32,000 bases of DNA, taken from NCBI GenBank assembly GCA_021650915.1, contig CP091279.1, positions 330,001 through 362,000 of the forward strand, read 5' to 3'. The DNA is from Candidatus Brocadia sp. Its GTDB lineage: Bacteria; Planctomycetota; Brocadiia; Brocadiales; Brocadiaceae. The notes below the pieces were generated by a model. That model saw only the letters and a list, made by a program, of their open reading frames with translations. It searched no databases and was not told the DNA's origin. Positions within the stretch are counted from its first letter, which is position 1; the number at the start of each line of letters is the position of its first letter. Positions 1-9,400 of this stretch are shown here, piece after piece. The translations under genes and the position numbers were made by a program.

Positions 1-32
1 TCACTGCAAGGCAGCATAACCCAGGCATACCC

Positions 33-3000
33 GTGAAACATGTTTCTCGCTCGGATAGCATCGGGAAACAGATGGACGCACGGCAGGTGGCTGAGCCACT
101 GGTCTCGGTAATAATTCCCTGTTACAACCAGTCAAATTATTTGTCAGAGGCAGTTGAAAGTGTGGTTCATCAAGGCTATAAGAACTGGGAGTGCATTATT
201 GTTAATGATGGCAGCCCGGACGATGCAGCCTGCGTTGCTGAATTGTTGATTCAGAAATATCCGGACAAACGAATCCGGCTCGTGAATCAGGTGAACCAGG
301 GCTTGTCCTCTGCGCGGAACGCAGGAATCAAGGCAGCAAACGGTGAATATATCCTTCCCCTTGATGCGGATGATCTCATCCATCAGGACATGTTGCAAAA
401 GACAGTATCCTTATTAGCATCTCATCCGGAGATAGCAATTGCCTATACGGATGTAAGGCATTTTGGCGGTGCGGAACGAATTGTCTGTGCAGGAGAATAT
501 GATTTTAAACGATTATGTTTTCAAAATCATCTCAATTGTTGCTCACTGTACCGGCGTAAAGCCTGGGAGGCTGCAGGGGGGTATAATCCCAACATGACGT
601 GGGGGTACGAGGACTGGGATTTCTGGATATCCTGCGGAGAAAAAGGATATTATGGAAAGAGAATACCTGAGCCATTGTTTCTCTATCGGGTGAAAGAGAC
701 CAGTATGTATACAAAGGCCATTGAACATCATCGTGAGTTAATGGCTCAAATTATTGTCAACCACCCAAACCTTTATGACCCGAAATCCCTTTCAGAGGCA
801 AAAAGAATATTGGCTCCAGGGTGTACGGTTCCATTAAAAACCAAGCCCCTTGTTTCTGTTGTTGTGCCAACATATAACAGGCCAGACACCCTGAAAACTA
901 CCTTGGAAAGCATCGCTTCGCAGACGTACAAACATATCGAGGCAGTTGTGGTGAACGACGCAGGAGAAGACGTATCAACGGTTGTCGATCTTTTTCGTGA
1001 CCGGTTGCGTATTCAATATCTTGTTCACCCTGAGAATAAAGGGCTTGCAGCAGCAAGGAATACCGCTATCAGGCATGCTTCGGGTGAATATATTGCTTAC
1101 CTCGATGACGACGATATGTTTTATCAGGATCATATAGAAACCCTGGTAACGTATCTGGAAACGAGCGGTGATAAAGTAGCCTATACGGATGCATACCGCG
1201 TATGTCAGGAAAAAGAAGGCGGAAGGTATGCCATAAAACAAAAAGACGTTCCGTACTCCTTTGATTTCGATGCAGACCTCATTCTGGCACAAAACCTCTT
1301 TCCTGTCCTCTGCGTTATGCATCGAAAATCATGTCTGGATGAAGTAGGGCTTTTTGATGAGTCGCTCACCACCCATGAAGACTGGGATTTGTGGATTCGC
1401 ATATCCAGAAACTATCATTTTACCCATATAAAAAAGATCACCGGTGAGTTTACATGGAGGACAGATAGCGCCAGCATGTCGGGTGCAAGGCAAGCTGATT
1501 TTCTGAGGACAATGGGCATTATCTATGAAAAATACAAGAGCTATTTGCGAGACAAACAGCGGATTTTAGATTTGCAAACTGCATGGATTCAGCATCTTCA
1601 AAAGGTATCTATCATCATACCCGTTTTTAACAAGGTTGAATTCACCAAAAAATGCTGTGAGGCCTTGGTCAAAAATACACCACGAGGCCTGTACGAACTT
1701 ATTATTGTTGATAACGCATCAACAGATGATACCAGCGCTTTCCTGAAGGGGCTAAAAGGTGATGTTAAAATAATAACAAACGAAAAGAACCTGGGTTTTT
1801 CCAGGGCATGTAATCAGGGGGCACGGCTGGCCGCCACCAATTACCTCCTGTTCTTAAACAATGATACCGAACCGATGAAAGGGTGGTTGGAACCGCTCCT
1901 GCATATTCTTACCCAGGATAGCTCTGCAGGCGCTGTGGGCAGTAAACTTTTATTTCCGGACGGCACCATCCAGCATGCCGGGGTGGTAATTATCGATGAT
2001 CAAAAGTTACCTGATCCTCTGGTTGCCCGGCATGTTTATTATGGAGAACCCGGTGACGTCTCTGAGGCGAACCAATTGCGCCAGTACCAGGCATTAACCG
2101 CCGCCTGCCTCCTGGTAAGGAAGTCTGCATTTCATGAGGCAGGGGGGTTCGATGAGGCTTACTGGAACGGATACGAAGACGTAGACTTATGCTTTAATCT
2201 TCAGGAGAGGGGATGGAAGCTGGTTTATCAGCCCGAAAGCGTCCTCATCCATCATGAATCAAAAAGCGGCCCGGAACGTTTTTCTAAAGTATCAGAAAAC
2301 ATTCAGCGATTGCACAACAGGTGGATAGGCAAGATTAAGCCGGATATTCTTCTGAAGAAGGACGGATCAATGGCTATTACGGAAGATAGGAAAATACAGC
2401 GCTATCGAATGCCCAATGTGAGAGCAGCCCAATCGTGGGCTGGCAAGCAGCAAAAGCTGGTCTCCATAATTATACTTACCTGCAATGCCCTCGAATATAC
2501 TCAACAGTGCGTCAGTTCAATTCAAAAACATACGGGACGTCCATATGAAATTATCTTTGTTGATAACGCATCATCAGACGGTACCGTGGAATACCTGCGT
2601 AATCTTGCCGGAAAACAGGTAAACTATAAACTCATTGAAAATCGTGAAAACCTGGGCTTTGCAGCCGGGAATAATCAGGGGGTAGCCCTGGCACGCGGTG
2701 AGTACATTATGCTCCTGAACAATGACGTGCTGGTTTCTGATGGCTGGCTGGATGGTCTCGTGGAAGGTCTTGAAAGGGATGAAAAAATTGGCATGGTCGG
2801 GCCCATAACAAACTCAATCAGTGGTAGACAGATGGTAAGGGCGGTTCCCTATACCGATGAAGATGGATTTCATCACTTTTCACAGCGGGTGAGAAAGACT
2901 TATAGCGGGCGGCTGACTCCCAGAAACCGTATTGCTGGTTTTGCGGTATTGATGAGAAAGGCGCTTTATGACGAAGTAGGCGGACTCGATGAATCCTTTG

Positions 3001-3719
3001 GGACGGGAAATTATGAGGACGACGATTTGTGCCTGAAGGTACGTGGGAAGGGGTACGCTATCATGGTGGACGAGAGCGTGTTTATCCATCATTACGGAAG
3101 CAAAACCTTTCTTGCAAACAACATTGATTATCGGGGTAGTTTGTCGGTGAACGGGTCACACTTCAAAGAAAAATGGCCTGATGCAGATTATGATGAACTC
3201 CTTGAACTGCATACAAGTTTAGTTGATCTCAATGCCTCCATGCTGATAAAGGGTCAGGAGGCATTGGATGCAGGGCATCCGGCTGATGCCCTTGCCGTAT
3301 ATGCAAAAGTACTCACCGCAAACCCCATTGACGACGGCGCCTTGTACGGGACGGGACTCGCATTCCAAATGTCTGGCAAAACCGTCGAAGCCATTGCTGC
3401 ATTCAAAAAGGCATTGAAGGTAAACCCAACCCTCACTCATGCCTATGGCCGCCTTGCGCTTGCATACGAAAGTATGAATCAAACGGATGACGCCATTTCT
3501 GTACTTCAAAAGGCAACCGAATTCAACAATCATGACGCCGCAGTATATAACAATTTGGGGGTATTATATTTCAAAAAAAAGAACCACGCCAGCGCCCGAA
3601 ATTGTTTTGAGCGGGCATTATCAATTGATGTAAATTACCAGGAGGCGCAACAAAATCTCAAAAAAGTATCCTGGAGCAGCGAGAAAATAACCAATCACAC
3701 CTTCGCGCATATCTCGTAG
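33..3719 (+). CDS. Multidomain glycosyltransferase: four tandem family-2 (GT2) modules fused to C-terminal TPR repeats
   Basis: 1228-aa ORF. It has four copies of the GT2 N-terminal signature (VSVIIPCYN, VSVVVPTYN, VSIIIPVFN, VSIIILTCN). Each is followed by acidic DxD-type motifs (DADD; LDDDD; NNDT..YEDVDLC; NNDV..YEDDDLC). The last ~170 aa read as TPR repeats (ALAVYAKVL, AIAAFKKALKVNP, ARNCFERALSID). GTG at 33 or ATG at 72 could be the start. The frame is open to the window edge, so the start is uncertain. Confidence 0.85.
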   Translation: MKHVSRSDSIGKQMDARQVAEPLVSVIIPCYNQSNYLSEAVESVVHQGYKNWECIIVNDGSPDDAACVAELLIQKYPDKRIRLVNQVNQGLSSARNAGIKAANGEYILPLDADDLIHQDMLQKTVSLLASHPEIAIAYTDVRHFGGAERIVCAGEYDFKRLCFQNHLNCCSLYRRKAWEAAGGYNPNMTWGYEDWDFWISCGEKGYYGKRIPEPLFLYRVKETSMYTKAIEHHRELMAQIIVNHPNLYDPKSLSEAKRILAPGCTVPLKTKPLVSVVVPTYNRPDTLKTTLESIASQTYKHIEAVVVNDAGEDVSTVVDLFRDRLRIQYLVHPENKGLAAARNTAIRHASGEYIAYLDDDDMFYQDHIETLVTYLETSGDKVAYTDAYRVCQEKEGGRYAIKQKDVPYSFDFDADLILAQNLFPVLCVMHRKSCLDEVGLFDESLTTHEDWDLWIRISRNYHFTHIKKITGEFTWRTDSASMSGARQADFLRTMGIIYEKYKSYLRDKQRILDLQTAWIQHLQKVSIIIPVFNKVEFTKKCCEALVKNTPRGLYELIIVDNASTDDTSAFLKGLKGDVKIITNEKNLGFSRACNQGARLAATNYLLFLNNDTEPMKGWLEPLLHILTQDSSAGAVGSKLLFPDGTIQHAGVVIIDDQKLPDPLVARHVYYGEPGDVSEANQLRQYQALTAACLLVRKSAFHEAGGFDEAYWNGYEDVDLCFNLQERGWKLVYQPESVLIHHESKSGPERFSKVSENIQRLHNRWIGKIKPDILLKKDGSMAITEDRKIQRYRMPNVRAAQSWAGKQQKLVSIIILTCNALEYTQQCVSSIQKHTGRPYEIIFVDNASSDGTVEYLRNLAGKQVNYKLIENRENLGFAAGNNQGVALARGEYIMLLNNDVLVSDGWLDGLVEGLERDEKIGMVGPITNSISGRQMVRAVPYTDEDGFHHFSQRVRKTYSGRLTPRNRIAGFAVLMRKALYDEVGGLDESFGTGNYEDDDLCLKVRGKGYAIMVDESVFIHHYGSKTFLANNIDYRGSLSVNGSHFKEKWPDADYDELLELHTSLVDLNASMLIKGQEALDAGHPADALAVYAKVLTANPIDDGALYGTGLAFQMSGKTVEAIAAFKKALKVNPTLTHAYGRLALAYESMNQTDDAISVLQKATEFNNHDAAVYNNLGVLYFKKKNHASARNCFERALSIDVNYQEAQQNLKKVSWSSEKITNHTFAHIS

Positions 3720-3798
3720 TTCACCGTATAAAATCTTTCCTTTTTGTAACAATTGAATTAGGCCTTTGACGACTTTTTATATTACGGTTAAACTCACT

Positions 3799-3864
3799 CC
3801 GAATCTCCTCTCAGGAGGGGACTTCGTTCGTCTCCGCTTGAGAGGGGGTTGGGGGTGGGTAAGG
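3799..3864. repeat. Copy A of a ~66-bp G/C-run double-hairpin intergenic repeat family
   Basis: Shares the ordered blocks GAATC, TCCT, GGACTTC, CCGCT, GGGGGT and GGGGGTGG with 17735-17800. Contains short hairpins (CTCCT..AGGAG). Confidence 0.6.
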
Positions 3865-4046
3865 CAGGAGCAAAAAGGTTGAAATTCCTATACGTTTAAG
3901 CAGTGGTGAAGCATTAGCCAGTTAGGGGAGTGAACGCATTTGTGCCGTGTTATAGCAAATCCTTTGTCCCTGCGTTGTCAAATATCACATTTTCAGGAAT
4001 CCCAAACCGGGAAAGTATCAACCACATTTTTCAGCACATTTTATAC

Positions 4047-4075
4047 TTGACAATTATTACCACACATGGCAATAT
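4047..4075 (+). promoter_or_regulatory. Sigma70-like promoter upstream of the riboswitch candidate
   Basis: TTGACA (4047-4052), a 17-nt spacer ending in TGg, then CAATAT (4070-4075). It sits ~45 nt upstream of the GEMM-like core. Confidence 0.4.
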
Positions 4076-4120
4076 ACCCAGCCAAACGCCACAATAACCA
4101 GGGCCAAGAGAAAATATTAT

Positions 4121-4206
4121 GATAAGGGCAAACCCGGAGTGATCCGGGGACGCAAAGTAACAGGGTCTTTTGTAGGGGCGTATTGCAATATGCCCCTACC
4201 GTTAGG
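4121..4206 (+). promoter_or_regulatory. Candidate c-di-GMP-I (GEMM-I) riboswitch aptamer
   Basis: GGGCAAA (4126-4132), then a perfect 6-bp stem CCCGGA/TCCGGG capped by a GNRA tetraloop GUGA (4133-4148), then GACGCAAAG (4149-4157). This is the same order and spacing as the Vc2 aptamer core as I recall it (GGGCAAA-CCAUUC-GAAA-GAGUGG-GACGCAAAG). UAAC/GUUA then closes a long hairpin (4158-4204). Recognised from memory of the consensus, not from a covariance model. Confidence 0.5.
4172..4199. repeat. 28-nt near-perfect palindrome GTAGGGGCGTATTGCAATATGCCCCTAC
   Basis: Self-complementary except for one G:T position. Its core CGTATTGCAATA recurs at 17911-17925. It forms the distal hairpin of the riboswitch candidate. 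Confidence 0.8.
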
Positions 4207-4215
4207 AAAAAGACA

Positions 4216-4269
4216 GCCTTACTGCCGAAGATGTTTTTAAAAAGACATTTTTGCGGTAAGGCTTTTTTT
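4216..4269 (+). terminator. Intrinsic terminator (expression platform of the riboswitch candidate)
   Basis: GCCTTACTGC (4216-4225) pairs with GCGGTAAGGC (4253-4262), with one G-U wobble. There is extra inner pairing (ATGTTTTT/AAAAAgACAT). A run of 7 T follows (4263-4269). Confidence 0.65.
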
Positions 4270-4914
4270 ATTTGCAGAAAGGAAAGCGAAGCCGCAGACT
4301 TCAGCCATTGGCTGGTTCAATCGTCCACGATTGAACCAAAAAGTTTGGCAAGATTTCATAATTATTGCATCGGTTCAGCCCAGGCGTGCCATACAAAACG
4401 TCTGGTTCTGTCTGCAAGACTGAACCTGCTTGGCGTGAATTACAAATACTCTCATAATCCTCCCCATTTACGGGAGGAAACAGGATGGAAAATGACAGGG
4501 TGTGCAATGCCCATCCTGCCTGGCTTTTATGTCCGAAGGGCAAACAGGATAGAGCAGGGGGTGAAGCCCCATGAGCGCGAACATGTTTCAGATGACCTCG
4601 AAGTATTTTGAGATACGCACCTTTCGTGTTCTTCGATTATCCTCTAAGGAACACGCAATGTTGTTCCAGTGCTCAAGAACCTCCTGTAATAGTAACGCTG
4701 GTTTTATTGCCCGTTCTCCTTAATGAAGCATAAAAAACGAAATTGTGCCATTAGCTTCGGGTCTTCTGGCCGTGCCATGAAGTATCCACAGAGGAAAAAA
4801 GAATGGGTAAAATCTGATGATTTATCTGTCAAAAGAACAACGAATAATTTGCACACAGCCGAGCCCCTGAGCTCTCGTTACCGTATTTATACTCAAGAAG
4901 CTCATAATTTATGA

Positions 4915-4944
4915 TTGATAAACTTAATACAGACGTATCATAAT
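4915..4944 (+). promoter_or_regulatory. Possible promoter of the rsmA leader
   Basis: TTGATA (4915-4920), an 18-nt spacer, then CATAAT (4939-4944). The predicted start near 4951 coincides with the first arm of the downstream hairpin. Confidence 0.35.
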
Positions 4945-4955
4945 CTAACGGGGTG

Positions 4956-4988
4956 GCATGGACAAGCTGTGCTTGTCCATGCTTTTTG
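4956..4988 (+). terminator. Intrinsic terminator or attenuator hairpin upstream of rsmA
   Basis: Perfect 12-bp stem GCATGGACAAGC / GCTTGTCCATGC with loop TGT, followed by TTTTTG. Confidence 0.6.
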
Positions 4989-5132
4989 TAATACTGCTCA
5001 ATGCCTTGTGCTTGCAATGATCAGGCTTGGTTTGTCTATCCAATTTTTAACAGGGGTATTTCATAAACAACGTCGTGCAAGTTCAGCACGGGTAAACAGA
5101 GTTTGTCCATGCCACCTCATATTTATTAACTG

Positions 5133-6062
5133 ATGATGCCACAAGAAGAGATAGACTTTATTCCTCACACACCGTCTGTGCTGAAGCAGATTTTCATCCG
5201 CCGGGGAATTACCCCCAATAAGCGGTTTGGCCAGAATTTTCTTATTGATCAGAATATTTTATTATCTATTCCGGATATTGCAGGCCTGACTGAGAATGAC
5301 ATTGTGCTCGAGATTGGGACGGGCACGGGCGGATTGACGAGGTTGTTGGCCGCCAGGTCCCGGCAGGTATTTACGATAGAGATAGATAGAAAGTTATTTG
5401 AACTGTCGTCAGACATCCTCAAATTATACAACAACGTAATCCCCATAAATGCGGATATATTAGAAACAAAGCATGAATTGAACCCACGCATAACCTCTTT
5501 GATCCTCAATTGGCTCAGAGAACACAAGCAGGCCGCGATAAAAGTTGTCTCCAATCTGCCCTACAATATCAGTACGCCGGTGGTCATCAATCTTTTGGAA
5601 AGCGATCTGCCCATTGATGTCATGGCGCTGATGCTTCAGCAAGAGATTACGGAACGGATGACAGCGCTTCCCAGCACCAGGGAGTACGGGATATTGTCAG
5701 TAATTATCCAATTGTTTTCTGATGTGGAGATCGTAAAGACCCTGCCTCCGGAGGTATTCTGGCCAAGACCGGAGGTACATTCGGCAATCGTTAAGATAAG
5801 TATCCGCAAAGAGAAGTATATTGGCAGAATCACAGACTATCCGTTTTTCAAGAAGGTCATCAACGCTATATTTACTTCACGTCGCAAGACACTGGTCAAT
5901 AGTCTTGGCAGTTTCAGTGTACCGGGAATTACCAGAGAACACCTGAAGCAGATTCTGAAAGAGATGCAACTGGACGAGAGAATACGGGGTGAAGTGTTGA
6001 ATCTGGATCAATTGATCAGCCTCTCTGAGTCGATTGGAAAGCTTAAAAAACACCTCTCATAA
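5133..6062 (+). CDS. rsmA: 16S rRNA (adenine1518/1519-N6)-dimethyltransferase RsmA/KsgA
   Basis: 309 aa. Has the FGQNFL motif, the SAM-binding EIGTGTGGLT motif and the NLPYNIS motif, all typical of KsgA/Dim1. Confidence 0.9.
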   Translation: MMPQEEIDFIPHTPSVLKQIFIRRGITPNKRFGQNFLIDQNILLSIPDIAGLTENDIVLEIGTGTGGLTRLLAARSRQVFTIEIDRKLFELSSDILKLYNNVIPINADILETKHELNPRITSLILNWLREHKQAAIKVVSNLPYNISTPVVINLLESDLPIDVMALMLQQEITERMTALPSTREYGILSVIIQLFSDVEIVKTLPPEVFWPRPEVHSAIVKISIRKEKYIGRITDYPFFKKVINAIFTSRRKTLVNSLGSFSVPGITREHLKQILKEMQLDERIRGEVLNLDQLISLSESIGKLKKHLS

Positions 6063-6103
6063 AAATTGACGATAATAACTGATCGCAACAAGGTATTTTT
6101 TTT

Positions 6104-6144
6104 ATCTCCTATTATCAATGGGGAATGCAGGAGATTGTTTTTCG
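6104..6144 (+). terminator. Possible rsmA terminator
   Basis: ATCTCCT (6104-6110) pairs with AGGAGAT (6129-6135), followed by TGTTTTTCG. The 18-nt loop is long, so this is only moderate support. Confidence 0.35.
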
Positions 6145-6405
6145 TGTGAAAAGCGTATACGTTTTATCAATGTTGGATTTATCTCCAACCGTTGAAGATA
6201 TACTCTTAAAAAGACATACTGATTTAAAATTGTAATATGGTCGCGCAGTTTGGGCTGAACGTAAGTGAAGCCCAACGCCAACTGTTCATGTTCCAGATGT
6301 AATAAATTAAGTGATTGATGAAGACGCCAATTGTGGAGCTAAGGTCGGATCGCTTACAGCGGCCAGACTTTAACTCTTTGTGTTTTCGCGCTTCTTCGCG
6401 AAATC

Positions 6406-9400
6406 TCACCCGCAATTTTCACAACATATTTCCGGTACAACTGCCAGCCGCGATGTTCGCAGTATGCGATACCGCCCCAGTTCACGCGATAAGGGTCTTA
6501 CATCCGATACTTGCGCATCATAGTTATAAATGAACTGTTCATAACGCGGCATCATTTCTACCGCCAGTACACTCAACCCGATATTGCCACGCAGATGAAA
6601 CTGGTCCAGCAACAGATCAATCTCGTTAGCACTCCATCCGGCTTTGCCTGTTAACGGAATATCCGGGTTGGCTTGTAAACTATTGGCTGCAATTAACGTC
6701 AGGCTGGCCCGCGCCTTCAGGAATTCGGCTATCTGCTGCGGATGTGCGGTTTGTACATAGTCGAGTTTTACTTCCGATAACAAAATATTGCGGTTCTGTT
6801 TTCCATCGGCCTGTTTCACCTGGGCGTATAACATGCACCAGATTTCTGAACGCGGTGGCCTGGCCGTTACCTGTTTACCATTGAAAACAGCCTGTGCATA
6901 TTGGGCCGTTACCGCTATACCTTTATTGGTGCGTTCTACAAGGCATTTCAACGGTGGCGCCGGATGCTGCACACCGTTTACACGGGCAGGATGTCCGAAA
7001 CGGCCTTGCGCCGTACACCATATGGTATTGGTATGCCCAACCCTTAATTCATAGATGAAAAATCCGAAGAGTTCATTCGATTCATTATGCAATCCAGGCG
7101 GCAGGGGTAATAGATAATGCACCGGCGTTATTTTCATTAATGGCGTATCGGGATTAGGTGTTTCAGATACCATTAATTGCATGGCATCAATGCCGGCATT
7201 ATCATTGCCATGTCCTTTGGTAATCACCCGTATCAATTCCGGATCGATGGATAATGGCGGATCATCCTGTTTGACCAATACCTGGTCGGGATTGGGATAG
7301 GTTAGCAGGGGGTCTGGCGCATACGTAAGCACTCTTGCAAAATAGGCATCATTCGGGTCCTCTATAGGCGCTTCAAATTCGAACCATAAATATCTTTCAC
7401 GAGTGGCGGTTTCAGAGTAATCATCATTTTGCCGGTAAGGCGATAAGGCAATACCTGCTGCCACCACTTTGGGGACCTGTTTGGGTATAACGGTGGTGGG
7501 CAGGAGTACATCGGCTGTTGTAATTTGTGCATTGGCCGAAGCTGCCGATACGCTCTTGATAAATTGCGGCGTAAGCGTATATTTCACATCGATGGTATTA
7601 GGAAATGGTTGCGCAGCAGTTGCGGGTTTGTCCAGATCTTTTTTCGGTTCTACTGCATCGATAAAAACAATGCGGGTATAACTGCGGTCGGGATCGTTGA
7701 TGGCAATACGGCTGGCCGTTTTTTTCAATTCCAGATAACCTACTACTTCTGTTTCTTTCGTAGCAGGCTCGTTGGTAAATTGTTTTTCCCTCTCAAGTTT
7801 GATGCCGGTATCCGAAAGTCCGTCCCAGGTCCAGTCGCGGTTGATTTCATAAGACAGTACACATAACCAATGATTGAATAATTCGCCACTTGCGGCAAAG
7901 CTAAGTGAGGAGTTATCCGGCGCCAGGGTATGACGAATGCGATTGCTGCAACCGAACTGGATGCGTTCTCCCGGTTTGCCAATCAGCGATAATCCTTTAT
8001 AATCAAGATCCAGTTGAGCGGCCAGCCTTTGCATCACGGTAGTTTGCTCTGCTTCTTTCCCTGCCACGATTTCAGGAATAAAACTGACGGGATTTATTAT
8101 CTGTACCGGATCGGGTTGCAGGTAAATGCCCTGTAATTTTTTTGATTCCAACACCGGTTTAAAGAATTCCGGTTCGGCAGTGGCATCCTGCCTTACAAAA
8201 AATTGAATGGGTTCTCCCGTACGCACCAGTTCGCCTGCAATCAATTGCTTTTGCAAGCCAAAATAAGCAGGTGATGCTTCCTTATCGGAACAAACTGGGT
8301 ATAGTGTTATCCTCACGTCGCGGGAAGTGGGAACAACGATACTGTCGATTTGATCGATCTCTGTCTGTGAAATGTTCAAATCACCAAGGGTAAGGGTATT
8401 GCCAAAATCGATTACCCTGGCATCCCGGTATTCCAGATTCAGTTCATACGGTTCTTCCGGATCATGAGGAAATGTGCGGAAGGTTTTATACAAGGGAATA
8501 AAGGCTTCTTTCTGTGTTAAGGAAGCGAGATTATCCATCAACAATGTTCTTACTTCCACAATGACCATGATCTTGTCCACATCCGGATCAAAATAACTCA
8601 CCTCGCGCTGGTCTTTAATAGTTTCATTGGGAAGTTTGCCGGTATGCAAAAAGTTTTTATCATCCAGCAATTTCTGAAAAGCGTCTGCTGTATCCATTTC
8701 AGTGAACAGCAAAGCAGGATACCCAAGGCGCGGACGCAGGACTTCAAATCCTTCACCAGCATAAAAAATAATGGTGCCTGCATCCGGGGCAGGTTGTGCA
8801 GTAAGCGGTTTTAATGTTAGCTGCTTCGGCGCTACATATCTTTTAAAAATGATTGAAGAGCTGCTCGCCGGCGCATCGTTCAATTCATTGTCCGTTACCA
8901 GGGGGCCTCCGCCGGTCAGATCGGCAAAGCGCACACGGAATTCGTATTCCTTTCCATATTTCAATTCGCAATCTTCGGGAAGAAGAGGTTCGTACAATCC
9001 TCCTTTCTGTTCGGGAGGTATGGGTTTGATGCCATCGGTATATTTTCCGGGATCGGCCAATGCACCGGATGCATCCAGTTGTGCCGCCCTCGTATCGGGC
9101 AATACCAGTGAAGGGCCGTACCATTGTGTGAAATAACCCGGCAACCAGAAAAAAGCACCGGCATCGGCATTTACTTTCATGGGATATACCTGTACCCCTG
9201 TTTCCACGGGAGCGCCTGCAGGGGCAATGGTTTCACCTGCTAAGGTTAATTTCGCTTTGCTTTGCGTATTCACCAGGGAATTCCATGCCACGTTATTTTT
9301 TTCTTTTACATCCACGCGATAAGAAAACACTCCAAGCGGCGCATCGATACGTTGGCCCGGAGTCGTTGGATCAGATAAAAATTGCCGATTTTGCCAGATC

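Noticed and set aside
4538-4585. Second GGGCAAAC..GGGG-GTGA-AGCCCC element that looked like a tandem GEMM aptamer
   Set aside because: It lacks the ACGCAAAG segment and the correct stem spacing. There are not enough conserved positions to call a riboswitch.
4183-4611. 142-aa plus-strand ORF (MQYAPTVRKK...)
   Set aside because: It starts at a TTG inside the palindromic hairpin, runs straight through the T7 intrinsic terminator, has no RBS, and has low-complexity content. It is an artefact of the noncoding spacer.
4723-4914. 63-aa very basic ORF in the rsmA upstream spacer
   Set aside because: It is preceded by CTCCTTA rather than an SD, and its composition resembles random AT-rich translation. 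Kept only as a remote possibility.
6384-6403. Hairpin TTTCGCG-CTTCTT-CGCGAAA just after the giant ORF B stop
   Set aside because: It is only a 7-bp stem, and no U-run follows it on the minus strand. Not convincing as an intrinsic terminator.
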